Part shown: in pieces, positions 30,530-43,495 of the stretch
Layout of the letters: each line of letters begins with the position of its first letter
Position numbering within the stretch: the first letter of the stretch is position 1
From: an uncultured delta proteobacterium
GTDB taxonomy: Bacteria > Myxococcota_A > Polyangia > Fen-1088
Assembly (NCBI GenBank): GCA_963767925.1
Contig: CAVYGB010000010.1
Coordinates: 160,001-224,000 of the forward strand
DNA length: 64,000 bases
Direction of reading: 5' to 3'
Translations under genes and position numbers: made by a program
Notes under the pieces: model-generated
What the model was told of the DNA's origin: nothing
The model's input: only the letters and a program-made list of their open reading frames with translations
Database searches by the model: none

Positions 30530-31252
30530 GTGAAGGTCGTCCTGCTCGCCGCCGGCCTGGGCAGCCGCCTGGGCGCGCTCACCGCCCAGCTCCCCAAGGC
30601 CCTCATCCCGGTGGGAGGCCAGACCCTGGTGGCGCACGCCCTCGGGTTCGCCGCCCGCCTCGCCCCCCGCGAGATCATCGTTGTGGGTGGGTTCGGGTTT
30701 CCGCTCGTGGCGGCCGAGCTCGAGCGGATCGCTCCCGCCGGGGCGGTCCGCCTGCTGGAGAACCGGGACTTCCGCCAGGGCAACCTGCTGTCGCTGCAGA
30801 CCGCCCGGCCCCACCTCGACGAGGGCTTCGTCCTCCTCAACGTCGACCACATCTACCGGCCGAGCATCGCCGCCCTCGTCGCGCCGCCGGCCGACTTCGT
30901 GACCGCGTTCATCGACACCGATCGCCCGCTGGGCGACGACGACATGAAGGTGAAGCGCGATCCCGGGGGCCAGGTGGCCCGCATCGCCAAGACGCTGACC
31001 GACTTCGACGCCGGCTACGTGGGGATGACCCAGGTCCCGGCCCCCCCCCTCGACCGCTACTTCGCCGAGGCCGACGCCGCCCTGGCCGCGGAGGGCACCG
31101 CCATCCACGTCGAACGCCTGCTGGCCCGCCTCGCCGAGGCCGGCGCCCCACCCCTCTGCCGCGACATCAGCGGCCACGGCTGGCTCGAGGTCGACACCCC
31201 CTCCGAGCGCGAACAGGCCGAAACCGCCCTCCTGCGTGGCGGCTGGTCCTGA
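30530..31252 (+). CDS. Nucleotidyltransferase (phosphocholine/sugar-phosphate cytidylyltransferase-like)
   Basis: 'LLAAGLGSRL...PKAL', 'LLNVD', 'DDDMKV', 'WLEVDT'. Confidence 0.85.
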   Translation: MKVVLLAAGLGSRLGALTAQLPKALIPVGGQTLVAHALGFAARLAPREIIVVGGFGFPLVAAELERIAPAGAVRLLENRDFRQGNLLSLQTARPHLDEGFVLLNVDHIYRPSIAALVAPPADFVTAFIDTDRPLGDDDMKVKRDPGGQVARIAKTLTDFDAGYVGMTQVPAPPLDRYFAEADAALAAEGTAIHVERLLARLAEAGAPPLCRDISGHGWLEVDTPSEREQAETALLRGGWS

Positions 31253-31556
31253 GCCGATCCCGGCCTCCACCCCCTGGCGGGCGGCCGGGCCGCTAATATG
31301 TCGACGCCAGCCGGCGTCGGACCGCGCGCGCAGATCTTTCCGACGAGGCCTACCTCACCCGAGTCGACCGCACAGGCGCCTCCCTGCTCGCGCGCGCGGG
31401 CGGGTTCGGCGTACGCCGCTGCGGCGCCCGGCATTTTCGCCCGCGCCGGGCGCGAACGTTTCTTGGCGGGATCGACGGCGAGACCTCGGGACACGCGCCC
31501 GATCTGGCCGGCCTGGCAGCGCGGAGCCCCGCTGAAAGTGTTAGGATTCGCCGCGA

Positions 31557-33127
31557 ATGAAGCTCGCCGTGCCCAAGGAAATTCGCCCGGGAGAGCGCCG
31601 GGCGGCCGCCACCCCCGAGACCACCGCCCGCCTCATCAAGCTCGGCTTCGAGGTCCTGATCGAGAAGGACGCCGGCGCAGGCGCCTCCTTCAGCGACGAG
31701 GACTACCAGGCCGCCGGCGCGCGGGTGGTCAACGACACGAGGCAGATCTGGCAGGAGGCGGACATCGTCCTCAAGGTGCAGCCGCCCGACCAGCACCAGC
31801 GCCTCGGCGTGCACGAGGTGGACCTGCTGCGCGAGGGAGCGACGATCATCAGCTTCCTCTTCCCCGGCAAGAACCAGGATCTCGTCGAGCGGCTGGCCCG
31901 GCGCAAGGTGACGGCCCTGGCCATGGACCAGGTCCCGCGCATCACCCGCGCGCAGAAGGTCGACGCGCTGTCATCGATGGCCAACATCGCCGGCTACCGG
32001 GCCATCATCGAGGCGGCCAGCTTCTACGGGCGGTTCTTCACCGGGCAGATGACGGCCGCCGGGCGGGTCCCGCCGGCCAAGGTGCTCGTGATCGGCGCCG
32101 GCGTGGCCGGCCTGGCGGCCATCGGCGCCGCCCGGGGCATGGGCGCCATCGTGCGCGCCTTCGACACGCGCCCCTCGGTCAAGGAGCAGGTCAAGAGCAT
32201 GGGCGCCGAGTTCATCGAGCTCGACGTCAAGGAGGAGGGCGAAGGGGTCGGGGGCTACGCCCGGGAGATGAGCCCCGCCTTCATCAAGGCGGAGATGGCG
32301 ATGTTCGGCGCCCAGTCGCGCGAGTGCGACATCATCATCACCACCGCCCTCATCCCCAACAAGCCGGCGCCCGTCTTGATCACGGAGGAGATGGTCCGCC
32401 ACATGAAGAAGGGGTCGGTCATCGTCGACCTCGCCGCGGAGAACGGCGGCAACTGCGCCCTCACCCAGCCCGGCTCGGTGGTGGAGCGCTACGGGGTGAA
32501 CATCGTCGGCTACGTCGACCTGCCCAGCCGCCTGGCCCCCACCGCCACCCAGCTCTACGGGTCGAACCTGGCCCACCTGCTGGCGGAGATGGGCGGCGCC
32601 AAGACCTTCCACATCGACCTGGAGGACGAGATCGTGCGCGGCGCCCTGGTGGCGATGGGGGGCGAGGTCATGTGGCCGCCGCCGCGCAAGGAGCCGCCCC
32701 CCCGCCGCCGCAGAAGGCGCCCCCCCGCCCGGCCCCTGGCGCCCAGCTCGCCGCCGCCGCCGCTGCCGGCCGCAGCCCGGCCCGGAGAGCCCTCACCTCG
32801 GTCGGGCTCGCCGTGCTGGCGGGGGCGCTGATCGCCTTCGGACAGGTCGCCCCCTCGGAGTTCCTGTCCCACCTGACGGTCTTCGCCCTGGCCTGCGTGG
32901 TCGGGTGGCAGGTCATCTGGAACGTCACCCCCGCCCTGCACACGCCCCTCATGAGCGTCACCAACGCCATCAGCGGGATCATCGTCATCGGCGGCATGTT
33001 GCAGGTCAGCGGGCCGGCCTCGTCGCCGGTCACCATCCTGGGGGCCAGCGCCATCTTGCTCGCCACCATCAACGTCGTGGGGGGGTTCCTGGTTTCGCAG
33101 CGGATGCTGCGCATGTTCCGCAAGTAG
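31557..33127 (+). CDS. pntA: NAD(P) transhydrogenase subunit alpha; frameshift in the C-run at 32697-32703
   Basis: 'VPKEI..GERR', '[22 protein letters not shown]', 'GAGVAGL'. The membrane part '[18 protein letters not shown]...RMLRMFRK' continues in another frame after a C7 run. Confidence 0.95.
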
Positions 33128-33137
33128 GAGCCAGCCG

Positions 33138-34559
33138 ATGCTTCCTCAGAGTCTCGTCACCCTCGCCTACATAGCCGCCGGGCTGCTCTTCATCTTCAGC
33201 CTGAGCGGGCTCTCCGCTCAGGAGTCGGCCCGACGGGGAAACCTGCTGGGCATGATCGGCATGGCCCTGGCCGTGGTGGCCACCGCCCTCGGCCCCAAGG
33301 TCAGCAACTACGCGTTCATCGTGGTCCCCCTCGCGGTGGGCGGCGTCATCGGGGCCATCGTGGCGGCCAAGGTGGTGATGACCGCCATGCCCCAGCTCGT
33401 GGCCATCTTGCACAGCTTCGTCGGTGCGGCGGCCGTGCTGGTCGGCGTGGCCAGCTACCTGGACCCCAGCGTCCACCTGACCGGCACCGAGGCCCGCATC
33501 CACGAGGTGGAGATCTTCGTGGGCGTGTTCGTCGGCGCCCTCACCTTCACGGGGTCGGTGGTGGCCTTCGGCAAGCTGCAGGGCGTGATCCGCTCGAAGC
33601 CGCTGCTGCTGCCGGGCCGGCACCTGTTCAACCTGGCCATCATCTCGGCCTGCGTCGGGCTGGGCTCTCGCTTCGTGGGGGCTGGACCGGCGGAGGCCCT
33701 CGATGCGCTCGTCATCCAGATCGTGCTCGCGTCGCTGCTGGGCATTCATCTCGTCATGGCGATCGGCGGCGCCGACATGCCTGTCGTCGTGTCGATGCTC
33801 AACAGCTACTCGGGCTGGGCGGCGGCGGCCGCCGGCTTCATGCTCTCCAACGATCTGCTGATCATCACGGGGGCCCTGGTGGGCTCGAGCGGCGCCATCC
33901 TGAGCTACATCATGTGCAAGGCGATGAACCGCTCGTTCTGGAGCGTCATCTTCGGCGGCTTCGGGGCGGAGGAAGGGGCCGCGCCCGCCAAGGGCGCCCA
34001 GCCCGTCGGCGAGGTCAAGAGCATCAGCGCCCCCGAGACCGCGCAACTTCTGCGCGACTGCCGCCGGGTGATCATCGTCCCCGGCTACGGCATGGCGGTG
34101 GCCCAGGCCCAGCACCCCCTGTACGAGGTCACCAAGCAGCTCCGGGACCGCGGCATCGACGTGCGCTTCGCCATTCATCCGGTGGCCGGCCGACTCCCCG
34201 GGCACATGAATGTGCTGCTGGCCGAGGCCAAGGTCCCCTACGACATCGTCTTCGAGATGGAGGAGATCAACGAGCACTTCCCGGAGACCGACGCCGTGCT
34301 CGTCATCGGGGCCAACGACATCGTCAACCCCGGCGCCCTCGACGATCCCTCGAGCCCCATCTACGGGATGCCCATCCTCGAGGTCTGGAAGGCCAAGACC
34401 GTGGTGGCGATGAAACGCGGCATGGCCTCGGGCTACGCCGGCGTCGACAACCCTCTCTTTTACAAGGACAACACCCTGATGTTGTTCGGCGACGCCAAGA
34501 AGACCATCGACGCGATCCTGTCAGAGCTCCACCGCAGCGCCACCGCCGCCGCCAGCTGA
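33138..34559 (+). CDS. pntB: NAD(P) transhydrogenase subunit beta
   Basis: '[13 protein letters not shown]', '[18 protein letters not shown]', '[18 protein letters not shown]', 'GANDIVNP'. Confidence 0.98.
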   Translation: MLPQSLVTLAYIAAGLLFIFSLSGLSAQESARRGNLLGMIGMALAVVATALGPKVSNYAFIVVPLAVGGVIGAIVAAKVVMTAMPQLVAILHSFVGAAAVLVGVASYLDPSVHLTGTEARIHEVEIFVGVFVGALTFTGSVVAFGKLQGVIRSKPLLLPGRHLFNLAIISACVGLGSRFVGAGPAEALDALVIQIVLASLLGIHLVMAIGGADMPVVVSMLNSYSGWAAAAAGFMLSNDLLIITGALVGSSGAILSYIMCKAMNRSFWSVIFGGFGAEEGAAPAKGAQPVGEVKSISAPETAQLLRDCRRVIIVPGYGMAVAQAQHPLYEVTKQLRDRGIDVRFAIHPVAGRLPGHMNVLLAEAKVPYDIVFEMEEINEHFPETDAVLVIGANDIVNPGALDDPSSPIYGMPILEVWKAKTVVAMKRGMASGYAGVDNPLFYKDNTLMLFGDAKKTIDAILSELHRSATAAAS

Positions 34560-34565
34560 GGCAGT

Positions 34566-34592
34566 GGGACCCTCGTAGGGTCCCGCACTTTC
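34566..34592 (+). terminator. Hairpin after pntB (GGGACCCT-cgt-AGGGTCCC, weak T tract)
   Basis: Perfect 8-bp stem beginning 6 nt after the stop codon. Confidence 0.6.
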
Positions 34593-34737
34593 AGCAACGA
34601 GCGGCGCTGGCCCGGAGTTTGGGCGGAAGTGGACATCGATATGACCAAGGGATGTCCTTGTTTCGGGCGTGTGGCCTGGTGTAGGCCGGTTAAAACGATT
34701 TTTGGAAACACTGGCCCCGCGCCAGGAAGGAACGTAC

Positions 34738-35865
34738 ATGCCCGAGATCAAGGTCCCGTTTTACGGTCACGCTCGCCAGAACCAGTCGATCAAGAAGGAT
34801 CTGGACGAGGCGATCCAGCAGGTGCTCGAGAGCGGGCAATACGTCATGGGCCCGGCCCTGACCCGCTTCGAGCAAGAGTTCGCCCGCTACGCCGGCACCA
34901 AATACGCGGTCGGCCTGAACTCCGGCACCGACGCCCTCTGGCTGGCTTTCATGGCCCTGGGGATCAAGGAGGGCGATGAGGTCATCACCACCGCCAACAC
35001 CTTCTTCGCCACCGCCGAGGCGATCTGGATCGCGGGGGCCAAGGCGGTGTTCGTCGACAGCGACCCGGTCACCCACAACATCGACCCGGCCAAGGTCGAG
35101 GCCGCCATCACCAGCCGCACCGTCGGCATCGTGCCCGTCCACCTCTACGGCCTCTCGGCGGACATGAAGGCCCTCTCGGTCATCGCCAAGAAGCACAAGC
35201 TCTGGATGGTCGAGGACAACGCTCAGGGCATCGACGGCCACGGCCCCGGCTGGAAGCAGGGCGAGCTGTCGGACGCGGTGGCCACCAGCTTCATCATCCA
35301 GAAGAACCTCGGCACCTACGGGGACGGCGGCGCCCTCTACACAAACCGGGAAGACATCGACAAGACCGTGCGGCGGCTGCGCAACCACGGCTCGCTCAAG
35401 CGGTCGGTGCACAGCTTCGGCTTCAACAGCCGCCTCGACGACCTGCACGCCGCCGTGCTGAGCGTGAAGCTCAAGCACATCACCCGCTGGACCGATCGCC
35501 GCCGGGAGATCGCCGCCCGCTACACCAAGGGGCTGCAGGGCACCACCAGCTTCACCTTGCCGGTGGAGCCGGCCGGCTACCGCCACGTCTTCCACCTCTA
35601 CGTCATCGAGACCCCCAAGCGGGACGAGCTCGAGAAGTACCTGGTCAACGCCGGGATCGACGCCAAGCTGCACTACCCGATCGCCATCCACAAGCAGGAG
35701 GGCTACCCCTGGGGCAAGCTGGCCGACGCCAACCCCCAGGTGCCGAACTCCGAGAAGAACGCCGCCCAGTGCCTGTCGCTGCCGATGTTCCCCGAGCTCA
35801 CCGACGCCGAGGCGGACGAGACCATCGCCGCGCTCGTCGCCTGGGACCGGGCGCAGAAGCGCTGA
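34738..35865 (+). CDS. DegT/DnrJ/EryC1/StrS family PLP-dependent aminotransferase
   Basis: 'NSGTDAL', 'GDEVIT..NTF.AT', 'PVHLYG', 'EDNAQ', PLP-Lys motif 'SFIIQKNLGTYGDGG', 'GFNSRLD', 'LSLPMFP'. Confidence 0.95.
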   Translation: MPEIKVPFYGHARQNQSIKKDLDEAIQQVLESGQYVMGPALTRFEQEFARYAGTKYAVGLNSGTDALWLAFMALGIKEGDEVITTANTFFATAEAIWIAGAKAVFVDSDPVTHNIDPAKVEAAITSRTVGIVPVHLYGLSADMKALSVIAKKHKLWMVEDNAQGIDGHGPGWKQGELSDAVATSFIIQKNLGTYGDGGALYTNREDIDKTVRRLRNHGSLKRSVHSFGFNSRLDDLHAAVLSVKLKHITRWTDRRREIAARYTKGLQGTTSFTLPVEPAGYRHVFHLYVIETPKRDELEKYLVNAGIDAKLHYPIAIHKQEGYPWGKLADANPQVPNSEKNAAQCLSLPMFPELTDAEADETIAALVAWDRAQKR

Positions 35866-35893
35866 CCACGGCAACGCAACGAGGACAAACAAC

Positions 35894-36967
35894 ATGACAG
35901 CCCGTCCCTACAAGGTCGTCGTCGTCGGAACCGGCAAGCGGGGTCTGCACCACGCCAGCGCCTTCAAGAAGAACCCCCGGTTCGAGCTTGTCGGTCTGGC
36001 CGACGTGGTCCCCGCCCAGCTGGCCAAGGCGGCGGCCGAGCTGGGGGTCAGCGAGACCTCGCCTGACCCCCTCGCCCTCAGCCGCAAGGTGAAGCCGGAC
36101 ATCTTCTGTTTCTGCACCCCGCCCAACGTGCGCCTGCCGCTCATCAAGGCGGGGATCGAGTCGGGGGCCCGGCTCATCGCCTACGAGAAGCCGATCGCCC
36201 TCTCGGCCAGCGAGGGGATCGCCATCCGGGAGGCCTTGCAAGGGACGGGCGTCAAGACGGTGGTCAGCCACCAGCACCGCTACGGCGAGCACTACCGCAA
36301 GGTGAAGGAGATCATCGCCCGGGGCGACATCGGCCGGGTGCACACAGTCTACGCCCACGGGGTGGGCTGGATGACCCACGTGTTCACCCACTTCATCGAC
36401 CTGATGGGCTGGTACAACGGCAGCTCGGAGGTGAGCTGGGTGATGGGCCAGGCAGCGGGCTCGGGCAAGATGACCGACAACCACCCTTCGCCCGACTACA
36501 TCGCCGGGATCATCCAGTATCAGAACGGCGCCCGCGGGTACGTCGAGTGTGGGGCCGGAGCCCCCGACGTGCCCGAGGTCGACTACTGGTGGCGCAAGAA
36601 CCGGATCGGCGCCCAGGGGACCGACGGCTTCGCCGAAGCACTCACCGGCGGCGGCTGGCGGGCGGTGACCAAGTCGGGCGCCGCCAGCGGCGGCGGCTCG
36701 ATGAACTACGACCTCGACATGCCCCCCTACGTCGACGAGATGGCCGACTGGCTCGACGACGAGGCCCGCGTCCACCCCTGCAACGGGGACAACGCCTACC
36801 GGGGCTTCGAGACCCAGATGGGCATCCTCCGCTCGGTCGTGGAGCGGGGGCAGATCGCCCTGCCGATCGGGCCCGGGGAGCCCGAGATCGAAGCCCTCAA
36901 GAAGGTGCTGCCCGCCCGGCCGGTGCTGCTCTCGTCCGAGGTGAACCGGAAGGAGTACCTGAAGTAG
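35894..36967 (+). CDS. Gfo/Idh/MocA family oxidoreductase
   Basis: 'VVVVGTGKRG..HA', 'CTPP', 'YEKP'; GAGGA RBS. Confidence 0.88.
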   Translation: MTARPYKVVVVGTGKRGLHHASAFKKNPRFELVGLADVVPAQLAKAAAELGVSETSPDPLALSRKVKPDIFCFCTPPNVRLPLIKAGIESGARLIAYEKPIALSASEGIAIREALQGTGVKTVVSHQHRYGEHYRKVKEIIARGDIGRVHTVYAHGVGWMTHVFTHFIDLMGWYNGSSEVSWVMGQAAGSGKMTDNHPSPDYIAGIIQYQNGARGYVECGAGAPDVPEVDYWWRKNRIGAQGTDGFAEALTGGGWRAVTKSGAASGGGSMNYDLDMPPYVDEMADWLDDEARVHPCNGDNAYRGFETQMGILRSVVERGQIALPIGPGEPEIEALKKVLPARPVLLSSEVNRKEYLK

Positions 36968-36976
36968 TCCCCCCGG

Positions 36977-37060
36977 CCCGCTCCCGCACGGCGGGGGCGG
37001 GGCATCATCTTTCACCCGTTTCAGACCGAGGCCACCCGGCCGCTCGCTCGAGCGGCCGGG
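36977..37060. terminator. Two GC-rich hairpins between convergent genes
   Basis: CCCGCTCCCGC-acg-GCGGGGGCGGG (36977-37001) and CCCGGCCGCTCG-ct-CGAGCGGCCGGG (37035-37060). Confidence 0.6.
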
Positions 37061-37067
37061 CAGGCGG

Positions 37068-37916
37068 TCAGCGTTTCACTTCGGAGAGCAAGCTCTCGAG
37101 GTTCGGCAGGTCCGACAGGTTCGGCTCGAGGATGATCTCGATCCGCCGGTTCTGGGCCCGCCCGTCCGGCGTCTGATTGCTCGCCACCGGGGCGAACTCG
37201 GCGTACCCCGCCGCCCCCACCAGCTCCGGCTTCATCCCTCCGCCGGCCAGCAGCTTCGCCACCGACACGGCCCGCCCGGTCGACAGCTCCCAGTTCGAGG
37301 CGAACTTGGCCGTCTTGATCGGGACGTTGTCGGTGTGCCCCGCCACCAGGAAGCGCCGGTCCCCGATCCCGTTGAGGACGTGGGCCACCTGGGTCAGCGT
37401 CGTCTTGCCCACCGACTTGAGGTCGATCTTTCCCGAATCGAACAACACGTCGTTTGGCAATACGATCAACATGCGCCCGTTGCGGATGGTGACCTTGAGC
37501 TGACCGGCATCGATCATCGAGCGGAGCTTGTCGACGAGCCCCCGGAAGGTAGCCGCCCGCGCTTCCGCCGCCGCCTTCTGGCGCCGGACCTCGTCCAGCT
37601 CCTTCTCGGCGTCCTGCAGGCCCGCCGCCAGCCGACCCTTCTCGTTGGCGAGCTGGTCGACGTTCTGACCGAGGGCCTGGAACTTGCGCCGCAAGGCCAC
37701 GTACCCGTATTGCACCTCGTTAAGCTCGGCGGTCAGCCGGGCCACGTCCGCCTCCCGGGCCTTCTCCCGCCTGACCGCCTCGTCCAGCTCCTGGACCTTG
37801 GCGTCATAGGTCACCATGCCAACACAACCAACGCTGCCCGCTGCGAGCAGACCGACCACCAACCCGCCCAACACATTCCGCCCCATTGCTCCCAACCTCC
37901 CTGACCGTCGCTGCAT
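37068..37916 (-). CDS. OmpA/MotB-domain lipoprotein with coiled coil
   Basis: Lipobox-like 'SVGC', heptad region, 'VLFDSG', 'GHTDNVP', 'NWELSTGRA', 'NRRIEI'; AGGAG RBS before ATG 37916. Confidence 0.9.
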   Translation of the reverse strand: MQRRSGRLGAMGRNVLGGLVVGLLAAGSVGCVGMVTYDAKVQELDEAVRREKAREADVARLTAELNEVQYGYVALRRKFQALGQNVDQLANEKGRLAAGLQDAEKELDEVRRQKAAAEARAATFRGLVDKLRSMIDAGQLKVTIRNGRMLIVLPNDVLFDSGKIDLKSVGKTTLTQVAHVLNGIGDRRFLVAGHTDNVPIKTAKFASNWELSTGRAVSVAKLLAGGGMKPELVGAAGYAEFAPVASNQTPDGRAQNRRIEIILEPNLSDLPNLESLLSEVKR

Positions 37917-38082
37917 GACGTAACTCCTGTTGCCTCCCTCATCGTAACACCTGAACAGCGTCCCATGGTATGGATGCCGAACCGTTTGCTGGGGCAGCGG
38001 TAAGCTGCTCTGCGACGGCACCGTAGATCGAGTGAGACGTCCTACATCGTCGACCACATCGTCGTTTCTGAGGGAGAAGCCC

Positions 38083-39339
38083 ATGAAATCATCGGTCCGG
38101 AATCGGCTCTTCGTGATGATGGTTCTCGAGTTCTTCATCTGGGGCGCCTGGCTGCCCCTGGTGTGGCCCTACATGGGCGAGCTCGGCTTCACCTCGATCC
38201 AGATCGCGCTCGTGGGCAGCGCCTTCGCCATCGCCGGCGTGGTGGCCATCTTCTTCGGCAACCAGTTCGCCGACCGCAACTTCGCCGCCCAGAAGTTCCT
38301 GGCCTTCTCCCACCTGGTCGGAGGCCTGGCCATGCTGGGGCTGTTCTGGACGAAGTCGTTCCCGATGTTCTTCGCCCTGATGTTGCTGCACTCCCTGTTC
38401 TACGTGCCGACCATCTCGGTCGCGAACTCGATCGCCTTCGCCAACCTCAAGGACGCCCAGAAGGAGTTCGGGCTCGTGCGCATGGGCGGCACCATCGGCT
38501 GGATCCTGGCCTCCTTCCCCCTCTGGTTCGCCCTCAAGGGCCAGCAGGGCGCCGCCCTGCAGGACGCCCGGGCCTACATCTTCGTGGTGGCGGCGGTCGG
38601 CTCCTTCTTGCTCGCCGCCTTCAGCCTGAGCCTGCCCAACACCCCGCCCAAGCCGGCTACCGGCGCCGCCGACCGCCTGGCCTGGCTGCGCGCCGCAAAG
38701 CTGCTGGCGACGCCGTTCCTGCTGGTGCTGTTCATCGTCACCTTCATCGACGCCACCATCCACAACGGCTACTTCCTCATGACCGGCGGGTTCCTGGGCA
38801 AGATCGGCATCCGGCCCGAGAACATCATGTTCGTGATGGCGATCGGGCAGATCGCCGAGATCCTCACGATGGCCATCCTGGGCTGGGTGCTGTCCCGACT
38901 GGGCTGGCGCGTGACGTTGGCGGTCGGCGTGCTCGGCCACGGCGCGCGCTTCCTTGTCTTCGCCCTCATGCCCAACGTGCCGGAGGCCATCATCGCCGTG
39001 CAGGTTCTGCACGGCATCTCCTACGCGTTCTTCTTCGCCACGGTCTACATCTTCATCGACGTGGCGTTTCCCAAGGACGTCCGGTCGAGCGCGCAGGGCC
39101 TGTTCAACCTGCTGATCCTGGGCCTCGGGGATCTGGCGGCGAAGTGGATCTTCCTGCCGCTCCAGGACGCCCTGACGGTAGGTGGGGAGATCGACTACCG
39201 CACCCTGTTCCTGGTCCCGACCGCCATGTCGGTCGGCGCCGCCCTGCTGCTGATCCTCTTCTTCCGCCCGCCCCGCGCGCTGCAGACCAGCGGCGCCGAG
39301 GAGCGTCCGGTCGAGGGGCAGGCCGCGACCGCCTCCTAG
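38083..39339 (+). CDS. MFS transporter, nucleoside:H+ symporter (NupG/YegT-like)
   Basis: 'MMVLEFFIWGAW', 'ADRNFAAQK', 'YVPT...NSIAF', 'RMGGTIGWI', 'LPNTPP', 'GQIAE', 'RSSAQGL'. Confidence 0.88.
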   Translation: MKSSVRNRLFVMMVLEFFIWGAWLPLVWPYMGELGFTSIQIALVGSAFAIAGVVAIFFGNQFADRNFAAQKFLAFSHLVGGLAMLGLFWTKSFPMFFALMLLHSLFYVPTISVANSIAFANLKDAQKEFGLVRMGGTIGWILASFPLWFALKGQQGAALQDARAYIFVVAAVGSFLLAAFSLSLPNTPPKPATGAADRLAWLRAAKLLATPFLLVLFIVTFIDATIHNGYFLMTGGFLGKIGIRPENIMFVMAIGQIAEILTMAILGWVLSRLGWRVTLAVGVLGHGARFLVFALMPNVPEAIIAVQVLHGISYAFFFATVYIFIDVAFPKDVRSSAQGLFNLLILGLGDLAAKWIFLPLQDALTVGGEIDYRTLFLVPTAMSVGAALLLILFFRPPRALQTSGAEERPVEGQAATAS

Positions 39340-39375
39340 GCGGGCGACCCCGCCGAATCGGCGCTGCCAGAGACC

Positions 39376-39402
39376 GCCCTCCGACGGGAGGGCCGCCTTT
39401 TT
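39376..39402 (+). terminator. Probable intrinsic terminator after the MFS gene
   Basis: GCCCTCC-gacg-GGAGGGC followed by cgccTTTTT. Confidence 0.55.
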
Positions 39403-39482
39403 CGCGAGAGCGGCTTGCGCAGCCGCGCGCGGCGCAATAAGTTTGGCCACCCCGTCTCGATCGTCCGAGACGATCAAGTCGC

Positions 39483-42541
<3,059 letters not shown>

Positions 42542-42545
42542 ACAT

Positions 42546-42586
42546 GGGGGGCTGAGGACAGCCCCCCCACCCGGAGACACCTCCGG
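42546..42586. terminator. Hairpins between convergent secA and tonB-like genes
   Basis: GGGGGGCTG-agga-CAGCCCCCC (42546-42567) and CCGGAG-acac-CTCCGG (42571-42586). Confidence 0.6.
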
Positions 42587-42590
42587 TGGT

Positions 42591-43376
42591 CTAGTAGTGG
42601 CGTTCGTATTTGATGATGACGCCGTGGCAAAAAGGCGTCGGTTTTCCGGACTGCAAGAGTGGGCGGTAGCGCCAGCCCCGCACCGCGGAGAGGACGACGG
42701 GGTCGAGGTGGGCGGAGGCGTCCGAGAGGAGCTCGGCTTCGCTGACCTGGCCCTGTTCGGAGACGCACAGCTCGATGGCGACAACGTAGGCGCCGCGTTC
42801 GGGCCAGAGGGCGGCGGGGAGGCGGGGAAAGTAGTCCTCGGTGCGCAGGGCGGTGGCCTCCTTGAGCGAGACGAAGGGGCGGTCGCGCCGGGCGGGGGAC
42901 TCGGCCGCTACGCCGCCGCCGATAACCCGGGCGAACAGCTCCTGGCGCCGGCCCCGGATGGAGCCGCCGCCGTCGCCCAGGCCGTCGCCGGTGCCGCCCA
43001 GGCCCGCGACGGTCGCCAGCGGTCCCTCGACGAGCACGGTCGCGCCCGCCGCCGGCTCGGCCGGCGTGGCGGCGGTCGGATCGACGGCGGCCGGACGTTC
43101 GCGAGGGAGGGCCGGGCGACGCAGCCGGGGCGCGCGCTTGCGCCCGGTGGCGGGCGCCGCCGGGCGACCCGGCTCGGCCACCGTGGGTCGGGGCGCGATC
43201 AGCGACACCGCCAGCACCCGGGGCTGCACCAGCACCAGAGGGTCCTCCCGCCGCAGCTCGCGCGCCGCCAGGGCCAGGGCCAGCAGCACCGCCACGTGCA
43301 GCAGCACGGATCCCAGATGCGCCCCTCCCCGCCTGGGTCGGGAGCGCCTCTGCTCGAGAAACGCCCGGAACACCAA
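42591..43376 (-). CDS. Energy transducer TonB-family protein
   Basis: N-terminal anchor 'SVLLHVAVLL', Pro/Ala-rich linker, TonB-C 'VSEQGQVSEA...LDPVVLSAVRGWRYRPLL..GKP'; GGGAGG RBS. Confidence 0.85.
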   Translation of the reverse strand: MVFRAFLEQRRSRPRRGGAHLGSVLLHVAVLLALALAARELRREDPLVLVQPRVLAVSLIAPRPTVAEPGRPAAPATGRKRAPRLRRPALPRERPAAVDPTAATPAEPAAGATVLVEGPLATVAGLGGTGDGLGDGGGSIRGRRQELFARVIGGGVAAESPARRDRPFVSLKEATALRTEDYFPRLPAALWPERGAYVVAIELCVSEQGQVSEAELLSDASAHLDPVVLSAVRGWRYRPLLQSGKPTPFCHGVIIKYERHY

Positions 43377-43495
43377 TCGCGACCTCCCTGATAACGTACA
43401 CCGCTCGACCTGGATTGCACACGGGCGGCTGCCCGGGATTGTTCGGCGCGCACCGACTCACGTATGATCGCGGGTGGCCACGCGTGCGATACCCG

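Noticed and set aside
32690..32710. pntA as naturally split pntAA/pntAB, or programmed frameshifting
   Set aside because: No stop/RBS/start at the domain boundary; the break is in a C7 run and similar indels occur throughout the window.
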